From Escherichia coli (GTDB lineage: Bacteria; Pseudomonadota; Gammaproteobacteria; Enterobacterales; Enterobacteriaceae): 64,000 bases of DNA. The translations under genes were made by a program, and so were the position numbers. Positions within the stretch are counted from its first letter, which is position 1. Every line of letters begins with the position of its first letter. Below are positions 1 to 10,864 of this stretch, one piece after another. A model generated the notes under the pieces. The model ran no database searches, was not told the DNA's origin, and saw only the letters and a program-made list of their open reading frames with translations. The stretch is taken from assembly GCF_024502345.1 (NCBI RefSeq), contig NZ_JALDNN010000001.1; one strand, written 5' to 3'.

Positions 1-744
1 AACCAGCATCCGGCGCAGGGCAGACGCACGACGTGGCACGCGCAGCGGGCCTGGCAGTACACCTTCGGTGTTCATCCCGCGATCGATACATGCCTGCATG
101 GTTTGCCAGACATGCGCGAAATACTCGTCGATCTCTTTCTTGCTGTGCAGCGCCAGTTCGTTCTGCATAGCGAGACCAGACAGCGAATAGCCGGTTTCAT
201 TACAGTACGCGAGCAGTTCGGTGGCAGATTTGAACGGATACGGCACGCTCACTTCGTTGGCAGCATCCTGACCAAAGTGTTCTTCATCGACGATAAAACC
301 GCCGCCGATGGAATAATAAGTTTTGCTGTAGACGACTTCATCGCCGTTATAGGCGTGGATTTGCATACCGTTTTCATGCAGCGGCAGGTTGCCGTTATGA
401 AAACGCATCCCGTTGTCGCGCGGGAAATCCACTTCATGCCGTCCCTGTGCCAGCAGCAGACGTTCGCGCTCTTCTACGTCGCGAATAAAACCGGGAATAC
501 TGTCGATATCCACGGTGGCAGGTTCGTTACCTGCAAGACCCATAATAATGGCGATATCGGTGTGGTGGCCTTTACCCGTCAGCGACAGTGAACCATAAAC
601 GTCCACGGCAACGCGAGTAACGCTATCCAGTAAGCCTTTTTCGACCAGATCATCGACGAACTGTTTACCCGCCTTCATAGGCCCTACGGTATGGGAAGAT
701 GAGGGACCAATCCCCACCTTAAACATGTCGAATAGACTAATCAC
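1..744 (-). CDS. sdaA: L-serine dehydratase 1, N-terminal 248 codons; gene continues beyond window start
   Basis: Reverse-strand translation from GTG at 744 gives MISLFDMFKVGIGPSSSHTVGPM...; AGGAG 8 nt upstream; frame stays open to position 1. Confidence 0.88.
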   Translation of the reverse strand, partial: MISLFDMFKVGIGPSSSHTVGPMKAGKQFVDDLVEKGLLDSVTRVAVDVYGSLSLTGKGHHTDIAIIMGLAGNEPATVDIDSIPGFIRDVEERERLLLAQGRHEVDFPRDNGMRFHNGNLPLHENGMQIHAYNGDEVVYSKTYYSIGGGFIVDEEHFGQDAANEVSVPYPFKSATELLAYCNETGYSLSGLAMQNELALHSKKEIDEYFAHVWQTMQACIDRGMNTEGVLPGPLRVPRRASALRRMLV

Positions 745-927
745 GATAATACTCCTGACAAGGTGACTGGACTTCCAGTAACGAACTAATAACAGCGCAT
801 AGTGTAAGAGGGAACGCGGCGACTGGCTTAACTATTCACATGAATTAAACTAATCAAAAACCGCGATTTAACTAATATTGCGATGATTGTCTCAAGTAGT
901 GTTTTGTAGATGTAAAGATAAGTATAG

Positions 928-1506
928 TCAGGGTTTCACACCAATTTGCAGCGCCAGCTCACGAATTATGCCTGCGGTCATTCCCCATACAAAATACTGT
1001 TCGTACCAGGACAGCCATACCCGATGTGAATCGCCACGGCGGTAGATATCTAAAGGGTGATAACGACCCAGATGTAATGCCTGGGCGAGCGGCATTTCAA
1101 ACACCGCCGAGACTTCATCTTCACTGGCGCGATACGGCAGATCGGGCGGGATAATGCCGACCACTGGGGTTACCTGATAGCCAGTTACGCTATCGACGGG
1201 CGGCAGCACGCCGATAACTTCAACGGCGGAAGGTGGTATAGCGACCTCTTCTTCAGCTTCGCGCAGCGCGGCGGCGATAACTGATGCGTCCGTGTCATCG
1301 ACTGCACCTCCAGGGAATGCCACTTGTCCAGCGTGTTTACGCAGATGAATTGAACGCTGAGTCAGCAACAACCCCGGTTGCGGTCGACGGACGATGGGGA
1401 TTAACACGGCAGCCTGACGATGATTTAGGGTTTCCCGGTTAATTTGCGGGCGCAAAAGTTGAAAGCGCGATAAAAAATCATCAAGCGTCAGGCTACGGTA
1501 TTCCAC
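928..1506 (-). CDS. nudL: Nudix CoA pyrophosphohydrolase
   Basis: 192-aa ORF with Nudix box ([22 protein letters not shown]); position between sdaA and pabB. Confidence 0.88.
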
Positions 1507-1509
1507 GTC

Positions 1510-2871
1510 TTACTTCTCCAGTTGGCGTAATATCTTATTAACTTTATCAAAAGTTTCCTGATATTCCGCTTCTTCCTGGCTATCGGCGACAATTCCACCG
1601 CCCGCAGAGCAGTATATTTGTCCGTTAATGGCAGTCAGCGTGCGGATAGTAATGCTGGTATCCATGTTGCCGCAAAAGCTCAAATAGCCAATGCTGCCGC
1701 ACCAGGCATTACGTCGCTGCGGTTCCAGTTCGTCGATAATTTCCATAGCCCGTACTTTCGGAGCCCCGGTTATTGAGCCACCAGGAAAAGCTGCGCGCAG
1801 CAGATCGCTGGCGTGTAACTGTTCTGGTAGTCGCGCCGTTATAGTGCTGACCAGATGATGCACGGCAGGGAAGGGTTCCACCACGAAGAGCTCTGGTACT
1901 TTTACCGAACCGGCTACGGCAACACGACCGATATCATTACGCATTAAATCGACAATCATCAGATTTTCGGCACGATCTTTCGCTGAGTTCGCCAGTTTTT
2001 CTGCTTGTTTGCTATCTTCCTGAGGATCGGGCAGGCGTGGTAGCGTGCCTTTAATCGGGCGGGTCTGGATTTCACTATTATCACAAAGAATAAACCGCTC
2101 TGGCGAAAGGCTTAAAATTGCACCCTGTTCAAGACGTAAAAAAGCGCTAAATGGCGCGCGGTTGGCCTGATTAAGCTGAAGGAATGCCTGCCATTCATCG
2201 CCAGAATAGGTCGCATGAAAACGCTGGGCGAGATTCACCTGATAGCAATCACCGCTGTGCAGATATTCCTGTACCAGGCGAAATTTTTCGCCGTACTGCT
2301 CGCGGGTCATATTGGATTGCCAGTCGGAAGTGAGCGTGAAATCTTCCTGCGGCGAGAATTGCTGGCTTTCCAGCCAGGCCCGACGGGCATTGACATCATT
2401 ATGACTCAGCAAAGAAACTGTATGACGCTGGTGGTCGACAATGAGCGCCCAATCGTAGATACCCACTGCCATATCCGGCAGAACGATATCTTGTTCCGCA
2501 ATTTCTGGCAGTGACTCAAAACGGCGGCCCAGATCGTAGCCAAACAACCCCAGTGCGCCGCCCTGAAATGGCAAATCTTCGTTATGCGTTGGGCGAATGT
2601 CTGCGCGATCCAGCACCTGCTGGAGCACCTGTAGCGGGTCATCAGTGGTCGTTGTGCGTTTTTCGCTTTCACTAACAATGGTTTCTTTACCTAAAGTGGT
2701 TAAAGTGCAAATCGGATCGGCGACCACAATATCAAAGCGGCTATACGGATGATCGGCATAGCCGGAGTGTAAAAGCATCGCCCACGGCAGGTGGCTTAAG
2801 CGGGAGAAATAAAATTCAGCGGCGTCCTGACGCCAGGGTAAAGTAATCACAGAGGGAGATAACGTCTTCAT
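1510..2871 (-). CDS. pabB: aminodeoxychorismate synthase component I
   Basis: 453-aa ORF, anthranilate/ADC synthase family (PIKGT, GGGIVADS motifs). Confidence 0.92.
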   Translation of the reverse strand: MKTLSPSVITLPWRQDAAEFYFSRLSHLPWAMLLHSGYADHPYSRFDIVVADPICTLTTLGKETIVSESEKRTTTTDDPLQVLQQVLDRADIRPTHNEDLPFQGGALGLFGYDLGRRFESLPEIAEQDIVLPDMAVGIYDWALIVDHQRHTVSLLSHNDVNARRAWLESQQFSPQEDFTLTSDWQSNMTREQYGEKFRLVQEYLHSGDCYQVNLAQRFHATYSGDEWQAFLQLNQANRAPFSAFLRLEQGAILSLSPERFILCDNSEIQTRPIKGTLPRLPDPQEDSKQAEKLANSAKDRAENLMIVDLMRNDIGRVAVAGSVKVPELFVVEPFPAVHHLVSTITARLPEQLHASDLLRAAFPGGSITGAPKVRAMEIIDELEPQRRNAWCGSIGYLSFCGNMDTSITIRTLTAINGQIYCSAGGGIVADSQEEAEYQETFDKVNKILRQLEK

Positions 2872-2944
2872 CAGTCCTGACTCTACTGGCTATGTGCCGG
2901 GTAGCATGAAATAATTAGCGCCAACAATTTAGCAGGAGTTAACA

Positions 2945-3124
2945 ATGTTTGCAGGTTTACCTTCACTCACCCATGAACAGCAGCAAAAAGCTGTCGAGCG
3001 GATCCAGGAACTGATGGCACAAGGGATGAGCAGCGGCCAGGCAATCGCGCTGGTGGCAGAAGAGCTGCGTGCCAACCACTCCGGCGAGCGAATCGTGGCG
3101 CGTTTTGAGGATGAAGACGAGTAA
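2945..3124 (+). CDS. yoaH: UPF0181 small protein, 59 aa
   Basis: ATG at 2945, translation [59 protein letters not shown]; below ORF-track length cutoff. Confidence 0.8.
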
Positions 3125-3182
3125 CACACTAATCCGTATCGATTTCGTTATAGAAGCCGATGATCATTTGATTGTGAGAAAA

Positions 3183-3215
3183 AGGACGCTTTTTATATGT
3201 GATTAAAAGCGTCCT
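3183..3215. terminator. bidirectional stem-loop between convergent yoaH and yoaC
   Basis: aggacgcttttt ... aaaagcgtcct inverted repeat flanked by A/T runs. Confidence 0.5.
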
Positions 3216-3302
3216 GACCCATTTATGCTGATATAAATTTAACTCAGACCAGTGCTTTTAGTTCTTCCTGCATATATGTTGAAAAGTATTCAGGATTTTT
3301 AA

Positions 3303-3602
3303 TCACAGAACGTTCACCTGTCTCCATTTTTTTGCCCATCCAACCATTTTTTCCGTGAACCCAGGGTTCCAGCCTTCCTGGTCAGCTCGCGCCGTAATAT
3401 CAGCGGCACTCGCGGGTACTCCCAGTTCTTTTAAATATTTAAAGATTCCCTTCGCCGTGCTTTCATTCATCGAACTTGGTGTTGGCGCTGATACATCCAT
3501 GGCACCAATGAAATCCAGGGCTTTATCTATTACAGCAGGCATATTCTTATCCTTAAAATTAACCATGTTATCGATAAGGCTATATATGACCTTAATTTGC
3601 AT
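3303..3602 (-). CDS. yoaC: DUF1889 family protein
   Basis: 99-aa ORF; conserved position. Confidence 0.78.
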   Translation of the reverse strand: MQIKVIYSLIDNMVNFKDKNMPAVIDKALDFIGAMDVSAPTPSSMNESTAKGIFKYLKELGVPASAADITARADQEGWNPGFTEKMVGWAKKWRQVNVL

Positions 3603-3963
3603 CTAATATCAAAGGGATTATAACGATATGGCACGAGTTAACCTGTTGACATTCAGGTGTTTTAAAAGTAGCAGCTCATGGTGTGTTATCCAGTAAGATG
3701 GAGAAAATTAACTGTCAGTCCGCACGCTATAACCAGATTGTTCAGCTAAGAAAGAAAACCAGAGTTGCTAATCAAAGGGCGAACACAACGGCATGTTTAT
3801 GTTTATTTATATAGTTAGTTTTATAGATAAAATTGAAATTATAAATATAAATAATGAATTAGCAGAAGCATCAACAGTAATATCTTATTCTCTGGTCGAT
3901 TTATGTAAAACCGACCAGTATTATCGATAAATTATCGTCTGACTTATTTTGCTTCGATAAAGC

Positions 3964-4308
3964 TTACACCGCAGCCACAATCTTAATTTCAACTTTATAC
4001 TTCGGGTTCATCAAACCCGCTTGTACCGTGCAGCGCACCGGCGCATGACCCGCGACAACCCAGGCATCCCACGCTTTATTCATCGCCGCGAAGTCGTTTT
4101 TATCGGCCAGGAAAATGGTGGCATCCAGAATACTCGATTTATTGCTGCCCTGTTTTTCCAGCACGGCGTCAATCTGAGCCAGCGTGTTGGCGGTTTGCTC
4201 AAAGGCATCGGCGTCGAGGTTTTCCGGTACACCAGTGTAGTAGAGCGTGTTGTTGTGGATTACTACATCAGACCAGCGGGCTTCAGCATCGATACGAACG
4301 ATAGTCAT
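3964..4308 (-). CDS. yoaB: RidA/YjgF family protein
   Basis: ORF trimmed to second ATG (MTIVRIDAEARW...), 114 aa; GAGGA 7 nt upstream. Confidence 0.85.
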   Translation of the reverse strand: MTIVRIDAEARWSDVVIHNNTLYYTGVPENLDADAFEQTANTLAQIDAVLEKQGSNKSSILDATIFLADKNDFAAMNKAWDAWVVAGHAPVRCTVQAGLMNPKYKVEIKIVAAV

Positions 4309-4439
4309 CATTTTGTCCTCATTATCCTTCCATTTTCGTGCTGCAAAGACTGCCACAATGTGAGGTCGCCGTCACCACTTCAACTGGCGAAAGCGCCCTC
4401 ATCCTGACATAATCCCTGTTCAAATCAACAGGGGGTAGT

Positions 4440-6350
4440 GTGACGGACGATTTTGCACCAGACGGTCAGCTGGCGAAAGCGATACCAGGCTTTAAGCCGC
4501 GAGAACCACAGCGACAGATGGCGGTAGCCGTCACCCAGGCGATAGAAAAAGGCCAGCCGCTGGTGGTGGAAGCAGGAACCGGTACGGGCAAAACCTACGC
4601 TTACCTGGCTCCTGCGCTGCGGGCGAAAAAGAAAGTCATTATCTCGACCGGCTCAAAAGCGTTGCAGGATCAGCTCTACAGCCGCGATTTGCCAACAGTC
4701 TCAAAGGCATTGAAATATACGGGCAACGTGGCGCTGCTGAAAGGGCGCTCAAACTACCTCTGCCTCGAGCGTCTCGAACAGCAGGCGCTGGCGGGGGGCG
4801 ATCTGCCGGTACAAATCTTAAGTGATGTGATCCTGCTGCGCTCCTGGTCTAATCAAACAGTCGATGGTGATATCAGCACCTGCGTCAGCGTGGCGGAAGA
4901 TTCACAGGCGTGGCCGCTGGTCACCAGCACCAACGACAACTGTCTTGGCAGCGACTGCCCGATGTATAAAGATTGCTTTGTGGTCAAAGCACGTAAAAAA
5001 GCGATGGACGCCGATGTGGTGGTGGTAAACCATCATCTCTTTCTGGCGGATATGGTGGTTAAAGAGAGTGGATTTGGCGAGTTGATCCCGGAAGCGGACG
5101 TCATGATCTTCGACGAAGCCCACCAGCTACCGGACATTGCCAGCCAGTATTTTGGTCAGTCACTCTCCAGTCGACAACTGCTCGACCTGGCAAAAGACAT
5201 CACCATCGCCTACCGCACCGAATTAAAAGACACCCAGCAGTTACAAAAGTGCGCTGATCGTCTTGCCCAGAGTGCGCAGGATTTTCGTCTGCAACTCGGT
5301 GAGCCAGGTTATCGCGGTAACCTGCGTGAGCTGTTAGCTAATCCGCAAATTCAGCGGGCATTTTTACTGCTCGATGACACCCTGGAACTTTGTTATGACG
5401 TGGCGAAACTGTCACTGGGGCGTTCCGCCTTGCTGGATGCGGCATTTGAGCGCGCCACGTTGTATCGCACACGGCTGAAGCGGCTAAAAGAGATCAATCA
5501 GCCGGGCTACAGCTACTGGTACGAATGCACTTCGCGCCATTTTACTCTGGCTCTCACGCCGCTCAGCGTGGCGGATAAATTCAAAGAGTTAATGGCGCAA
5601 AAGCCCGGTAGCTGGATCTTCACCTCAGCAACGCTGTCGGTGAACGACGATCTGCATCATTTCACCTCGCGGCTTGGGATAGAACAGGCGGAGTCGTTGC
5701 TATTGCCAAGCCCGTTTGATTACAGCCGCCAGGCGTTACTCTGTGTGCCGCGCAACCTGCCGCAAACCAATCAACCGGGTTCCGCGCGGCAACTGGCGGC
5801 TATGCTGCGCCCGATCATCGAAGCTAACAACGGTCGCTGTTTTATGCTTTGTACCTCGCACGCCATGATGCGCGATCTGGCCGAGCAGTTCCGCGCTACC
5901 ATGACGCTTCCCGTATTATTGCAGGGGGAAACCAGCAAAGGGCAACTGTTGCAGCAATTTGTCAGTGCCGGTAACGCGCTTCTTGTGGCAACCAGCAGTT
6001 TCTGGGAAGGGGTGGACGTGCGTGGCGATACGCTGTCATTGGTGATTATCGACAAATTGCCGTTTACCTCTCCTGATGATCCACTGTTAAAAGCGCGCAT
6101 GGAAGATTGCCATTTGCGCGGTGGCGACCCGTTCGATGAAGTACAACTGCCGGATGCGGTGATTACTCTCAAGCAGGGGGTAGGGCGACTGATTCGCGAC
6201 GCCGATGATCGCGGCGTGCTGGTGATTTGCGATAATCGGCTGGTGATGCGCCCTTACGGTGCGACGTTTCTCGCCAGTCTGCCGCCCGCGCCGCGCACCC
6301 GTGACATTGCCCGTGCGGTTCGTTTCCTTGCGATACCATCCTCCAGGTAA
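4440..6350 (+). CDS. yoaA: ATP-dependent DNA helicase, DinG/Rad3 family
   Basis: 636-aa ORF, GTG start after GGGGG; Walker A (AGTGTGKT), DEAH box (FDEAHQL). Confidence 0.9.
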   Translation: MTDDFAPDGQLAKAIPGFKPREPQRQMAVAVTQAIEKGQPLVVEAGTGTGKTYAYLAPALRAKKKVIISTGSKALQDQLYSRDLPTVSKALKYTGNVALLKGRSNYLCLERLEQQALAGGDLPVQILSDVILLRSWSNQTVDGDISTCVSVAEDSQAWPLVTSTNDNCLGSDCPMYKDCFVVKARKKAMDADVVVVNHHLFLADMVVKESGFGELIPEADVMIFDEAHQLPDIASQYFGQSLSSRQLLDLAKDITIAYRTELKDTQQLQKCADRLAQSAQDFRLQLGEPGYRGNLRELLANPQIQRAFLLLDDTLELCYDVAKLSLGRSALLDAAFERATLYRTRLKRLKEINQPGYSYWYECTSRHFTLALTPLSVADKFKELMAQKPGSWIFTSATLSVNDDLHHFTSRLGIEQAESLLLPSPFDYSRQALLCVPRNLPQTNQPGSARQLAAMLRPIIEANNGRCFMLCTSHAMMRDLAEQFRATMTLPVLLQGETSKGQLLQQFVSAGNALLVATSSFWEGVDVRGDTLSLVIIDKLPFTSPDDPLLKARMEDCHLRGGDPFDEVQLPDAVITLKQGVGRLIRDADDRGVLVICDNRLVMRPYGATFLASLPPAPRTRDIARAVRFLAIPSSR

Positions 6351-6407
6351 TTTGTTACGGAGTATGGTATGATGCGCGCCTTTTTATTGATCTAAGCACG
6401 AAGACCC

Positions 6408-7103
6408 ATGCGAATTCTGGCTATCGATACCGCGACAGAGGCCTGCTCTGTCGCCCTGTGGAACGACGGTACTGTCAACGCTCATTTTGAGCTTTGCCCT
6501 CGTGAACATACTCAACGAATCTTACCGATGGTGCAGGATATCCTGACCACCAGCGGAACTTCCCTGACTGATATTAACGCTCTGGCTTACGGGCGCGGCC
6601 CCGGTAGCTTTACCGGCGTGCGCATTGGTATTGGCATCGCGCAAGGGCTGGCGCTTGGCGCGGAATTACCGATGATTGGCGTCTCCACGCTAATGACGAT
6701 GGCGCAAGGGGCGTGGCGCAAAAACGGCGCAACACGCGTGCTGTCAGCCATTGACGCGCGAATGGGCGAAGTTTACTGGGCCGAATATCAGCGTGATGAA
6801 AACGGTATCTGGCACGGTGAAGAAACCGAAGCTGTACTCAAACCCGAACTCGTTCATGAACGAATGCAACAGCTTTCCGGCGAATGGGTGACGGTAGGGA
6901 CGGGCTGGCAAGCCTGGCCGGATCTCGGTGAAGAGAGCGAGCTGGTTTTGCGCGATGGCGAAGTGTTACTCCCCGCTGCAGAAGATATGCTGCCGATTGC
7001 TTGTCAGATGTTTGCCGAGGGTAAAACGGTGGCGGTGGAACATGCCGAACCGGTTTATTTACGTAACAACGTCGCATGGAAGAAACTTCCGGGCAAAGAA
7101 TGA
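6408..7103 (+). CDS. tsaB: tRNA t6A37 threonylcarbamoyladenosine biosynthesis protein
   Basis: 231-aa [20 protein letters not shown]... Confidence 0.92.
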   Translation: MRILAIDTATEACSVALWNDGTVNAHFELCPREHTQRILPMVQDILTTSGTSLTDINALAYGRGPGSFTGVRIGIGIAQGLALGAELPMIGVSTLMTMAQGAWRKNGATRVLSAIDARMGEVYWAEYQRDENGIWHGEETEAVLKPELVHERMQQLSGEWVTVGTGWQAWPDLGEESELVLRDGEVLLPAAEDMLPIACQMFAEGKTVAVEHAEPVYLRNNVAWKKLPGKE

Positions 7104-7142
7104 ATCTTAAGAGTATGCCCTGAGAAAAAAAGGAGTCGCATC

Positions 7143-7724
7143 ATGGCGGTTCAAAAGAATGTTATCAAAGGCATACTGGCAGGTACGTTTGCGCTAATGC
7201 TGAGCGGTTGTGTCACTGTGCCGGACGCCATTAAAGGCAGCAGTCCCACGCCGCAACAAGATTTAGTTCGGGTGATGAGTGCGCCGCAGCTGTACGTTGG
7301 TCAGGAGGCACGCTTTGGTGGCAAAGTGGTTGCGGTACAAAACCAGCAAGGGAAAACCCGCCTGGAAATTGCTACCGTACCGCTGGACAGCGGAGCCAGA
7401 CCGACGCTGGGAGAACCTTCTCGCGGTCGCATTTATGCCGATGTGAACGGTTTTCTGGACCCGGTGGATTTCCGTGGACAACTGGTTACGGTAGTCGGGC
7501 CAATCACTGGTGCGGTTGACGGCAAAATCGGCAATACGCCCTATAAATTTATGGTGATGCAAGTAACGGGTTACAAACGTTGGCATTTAACCCAGCAGGT
7601 GATTATGCCGCCTCAGCCGATTGATCCATGGTTTTATGGCGGTCGTGGCTGGCCCTATGGCTACGGCGGATGGGGCTGGTATAATCCCGGCCCCGCGAGA
7701 GTACAAACAGTTGTAACTGAATAA
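7143..7724 (+). CDS. yeaY: Slp-family outer membrane lipoprotein
   Basis: 193-aa ORF with lipobox LSGC. Confidence 0.85.
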
Positions 7725-7752
7725 TTGCTTGTTTTTAAAGAAAAAGAAACAG

Positions 7753-7770
7753 CGGCTGGTCCGCTGTTTC
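7753..7770 (+). promoter_or_regulatory. putative FadR operator (distal) within hairpin downstream of yeaY
   Basis: gctggtccgctgtttc resembles FadR consensus ANCTGGTCNGACNTGTT; also forms stem gaaacagcgg/ccgctgtttc. Confidence 0.4.
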
Positions 7771-7839
7771 TGCATTCTTACGGTAAAGATAAAAATAAAT
7801 AGTGACGCGCTTCGCAACCTTTTCGTTGGGTAATTATCA

Positions 7840-7856
7840 AGCTGGTATGATGAGTT
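7840..7856 (+). promoter_or_regulatory. putative FadR operator (proximal) in fadD promoter
   Basis: agctggtatgatgagtt, about 75 bp upstream of fadD start. Confidence 0.45.
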
Positions 7857-7928
7857 AATATTATGTTAACGGCATGTATATCATTTGGGGTTGCGATGAC
7901 GACGAACACGCATTTTAGAGGTGAAGAA

Positions 7929-9614
7929 TTGAAGAAGGTTTGGCTTAACCGTTATCCCGCGGACGTTCCGACGGAGATCAACCCTGACCGTTATCAATCT
8001 CTGGTAGATATGTTTGAGCAGTCGGTCGCGCGCTACGCCGATCAGCCTGCGTTTGTGAATATGGGGGAGGTGATGACCTTCCGCAAGCTGGAAGAACGCA
8101 GTCGCGCGTTTGCCGCTTATTTGCAACAAGGGTTGGGGCTGAAGAAAGGCGATCGCGTTGCGTTGATGATGCCTAATTTATTGCAATATCCGGTGGCGCT
8201 GTTTGGCATTTTGCGTGCCGGGATGATCGTCGTAAACGTTAACCCGTTGTATACCCCGCGTGAGCTTGAGCATCAGCTTAACGATAGCGGCGCATCGGCG
8301 ATTGTTATCGTGTCTAACTTTGCTCACACACTGGAAAAAGTGGTTGATAAAACCGCCGTTCAGCACGTAATTCTGACCCGTATGGGCGATCAGCTATCTA
8401 CGGCAAAAGGCACGGTAGTCAATTTCGTTGTTAAATACATCAAGCGTTTGGTGCCGAAATACCATCTGCCAGATGCCATTTCATTTCGTAGCGCACTGCA
8501 TAACGGCTACCGGATGCAGTACGTCAAACCCGAACTGGTGCCGGAAGATTTAGCCTTCCTGCAATACACCGGCGGCACCACAGGTGTGGCGAAAGGCGCG
8601 ATGCTGACTCACCGCAATATGCTGGCGAACCTGGAACAGGTCAACGCCACCTATGGGCCGTTGCTGCATCCAGGTAAAGAACTGGTAGTAACGGCACTGC
8701 CGCTGTATCACATTTTTGCCCTGACCATTAACTGCCTGCTGTTTATCGAACTGGGTGGGCAGAACCTGCTTATCACTAACCCGCGCGATATTCCAGGGTT
8801 GGTAAAAGAGTTAGCGAAATATCCGTTTACCGCTATCACTGGCGTTAACACCTTGTTCAATGCGTTGCTGAACAATAAAGAGTTCCAGCAGCTGGATTTC
8901 TCCAGTCTGCATCTTTCCGCAGGCGGTGGGATGCCAGTGCAGCAAGTGGTGGCAGAGCGTTGGGTGAAACTAACAGGACAGTATCTGCTGGAAGGCTATG
9001 GCCTTACCGAGTGTGCGCCGCTGGTCAGCGTTAACCCATATGATATTGATTATCATAGTGGTAGCATCGGTTTGCCGGTGCCGTCGACGGAAGCCAAACT
9101 GGTGGATGATGATGATAATGAAGTACCACCGGGTCAACCGGGTGAGCTTTGTGTCAAAGGACCGCAGGTGATGCTGGGTTACTGGCAGCGTCCCGATGCT
9201 ACAGATGAGATCATCAAAAATGGCTGGTTACACACCGGCGACATCGCGGTAATGGACGAAGAAGGTTTCTTACGCATCGTCGATCGCAAAAAAGACATGA
9301 TTCTGGTTTCCGGTTTTAACGTCTATCCAAACGAGATTGAAGATGTCGTCATGCAGCATCCTGGCGTACAGGAAGTCGCGGCTGTTGGCGTACCTTCCGG
9401 CTCCAGTGGTGAAGCGGTAAAAATCTTTGTAGTGAAAAAAGATCCATCGCTTACCGAAGAGTCACTGGTGACTTTTTGCCGCCGTCAGCTCACGGGCTAC
9501 AAAGTACCGAAGCTGGTGGAGTTTCGTGATGAGTTACCGAAATCTAACGTCGGAAAAATTTTGCGACGAGAATTACGTGACGAAGCGCGCGGCAAAGTGG
9601 ACAATAAAGCCTGA
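7929..9614 (+). CDS. fadD: long-chain fatty acid CoA ligase
   Basis: 561 aa from TTG at 7929 ([14 protein letters not shown]...); AMP-binding motif [11 protein letters not shown]; ORF-track start at 7863 is a 22-codon upstream extension. Confidence 0.92.
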
Positions 9615-9633
9615 GCGTTAAGTCAGTCGTCAG

Positions 9634-9659
9634 ACGCCGGTTAATCCGGCGTTTTTTTT
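9634..9659 (+). terminator. rho-independent terminator of fadD
   Basis: acgccggttaatccggcgt stem-loop followed by T8. Confidence 0.8.
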
Positions 9660-9683
9660 GACGCCCACTAAAGAGAATACAAT

Positions 9684-10811
9684 TTGAATTACCAAATGAT
9701 TACCACGGACGATGCGCTGGCTTCTTTGTGTGAAGCCGTCCGTGCCTTTCCGGCGATAGCCCTGGATACTGAATTTGTTCGTACGCGCACTTATTACCCG
9801 CAGCTGGGGTTGATTCAACTTTTCGATGGCGAGCATCTGGCGCTAATTGATCCGCTCGGGATCACTGACTGGTCACCGCTGAAAGCGATCCTGCGCGATC
9901 CGTCCATCACAAAATTTCTCCATGCAGGCAGTGAAGATCTGGAAGTGTTCCTCAATGTCTTTGGCGAATTACCACAACCCCTGATTGACACGCAAATCCT
10001 TGCTGCCTTCTGCGGACGCCCGATGTCATGGGGTTTCGCTTCCATGGTGGAAGAGTATTCCGGCGTTACGCTGGACAAGAGTGAATCGCGCACCGACTGG
10101 CTGGCCAGACCGCTGACCGAACGTCAGTGTGAATATGCAGCGGCGGATGTCTGGTATCTGTTACCGATCACCGCCAAGCTTATGGTAGAAACGGAGGCCT
10201 CCGGCTGGCTACCAGCGGCGCTGGATGAATGTCGCCTGATGCAAATGCGTCGTCAGGAAGTCGTTGCGCCGGAAGATGCCTGGCGTGATATCACCAATGC
10301 CTGGCAATTACGCACACGCCAACTGGCCTGTCTGCAACTGTTAGCCGACTGGCGACTGCGCAAGGCGCGAGAGCGCGATCTGGCGGTGAACTTTGTCGTG
10401 CGTGAAGAGCATTTGTGGTCGGTAGCGCGTTATATGCCGGGAAGTTTAGGCGAACTGGACAGCCTGGGTTTATCCGGTAGCGAAATCCGCTTTCACGGTA
10501 AAACGCTACTGGCGCTGGTGGAAAAAGCGCAGACATTGCCGGAAGATGCCTTACCGCAGCCGATGCTTAACCTGATGGACATGCCGGGTTATCGTAAAGC
10601 GTTTAAAGCGATTAAGTCGCTGATTACTGACGTGAGCGAAACGCATAATATCAGCGCCGAATTGCTGGCATCGCGTCGGCAAATCAACCAACTGCTGAAC
10701 TGGCACTGGAAACTGAAACCGCAGAACAATTTGCCGGAGCTGATTTCCGGCTGGCGTGGTGAGCTGATGGCGGAAGCATTACACAATTTATTGCAGGAAT
10801 ATCCGCAGTAA
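9684..10811 (+). CDS. rnd: ribonuclease D
   Basis: 375-aa ORF from TTG start (MNYQMITTDDALASLCEA...); DEDDy 3-prime-5-prime exonuclease and HRDC family. Confidence 0.92.
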   Translation: MNYQMITTDDALASLCEAVRAFPAIALDTEFVRTRTYYPQLGLIQLFDGEHLALIDPLGITDWSPLKAILRDPSITKFLHAGSEDLEVFLNVFGELPQPLIDTQILAAFCGRPMSWGFASMVEEYSGVTLDKSESRTDWLARPLTERQCEYAAADVWYLLPITAKLMVETEASGWLPAALDECRLMQMRRQEVVAPEDAWRDITNAWQLRTRQLACLQLLADWRLRKARERDLAVNFVVREEHLWSVARYMPGSLGELDSLGLSGSEIRFHGKTLLALVEKAQTLPEDALPQPMLNLMDMPGYRKAFKAIKSLITDVSETHNISAELLASRRQINQLLNWHWKLKPQNNLPELISGWRGELMAEALHNLLQEYPQ

Positions 10812-10817
10812 AATCTT

Positions 10818-10860
10818 CCGAAGCCGGACTGGGCGCGCTCAACGCCACATCCGGCTTCGG
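10818..10860. repeat. inverted repeat between convergent rnd and yeaX, possible bidirectional terminator
   Basis: ccgaagccgga ... tccggcttcgg, 11-bp arms, no T-run. Confidence 0.4.
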
Positions 10861-10864
10861 CAAA

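Noticed and set aside
103-591. 162-aa ORF on + strand at window start
   Set aside because: Lies entirely antisense within sdaA, whose reverse-strand translation is the true protein.
2929-3129. 66-aa reverse-strand ORF
   Set aside because: Overlaps yoaH on the opposite strand; the + strand 59-codon ORF is the conserved protein.
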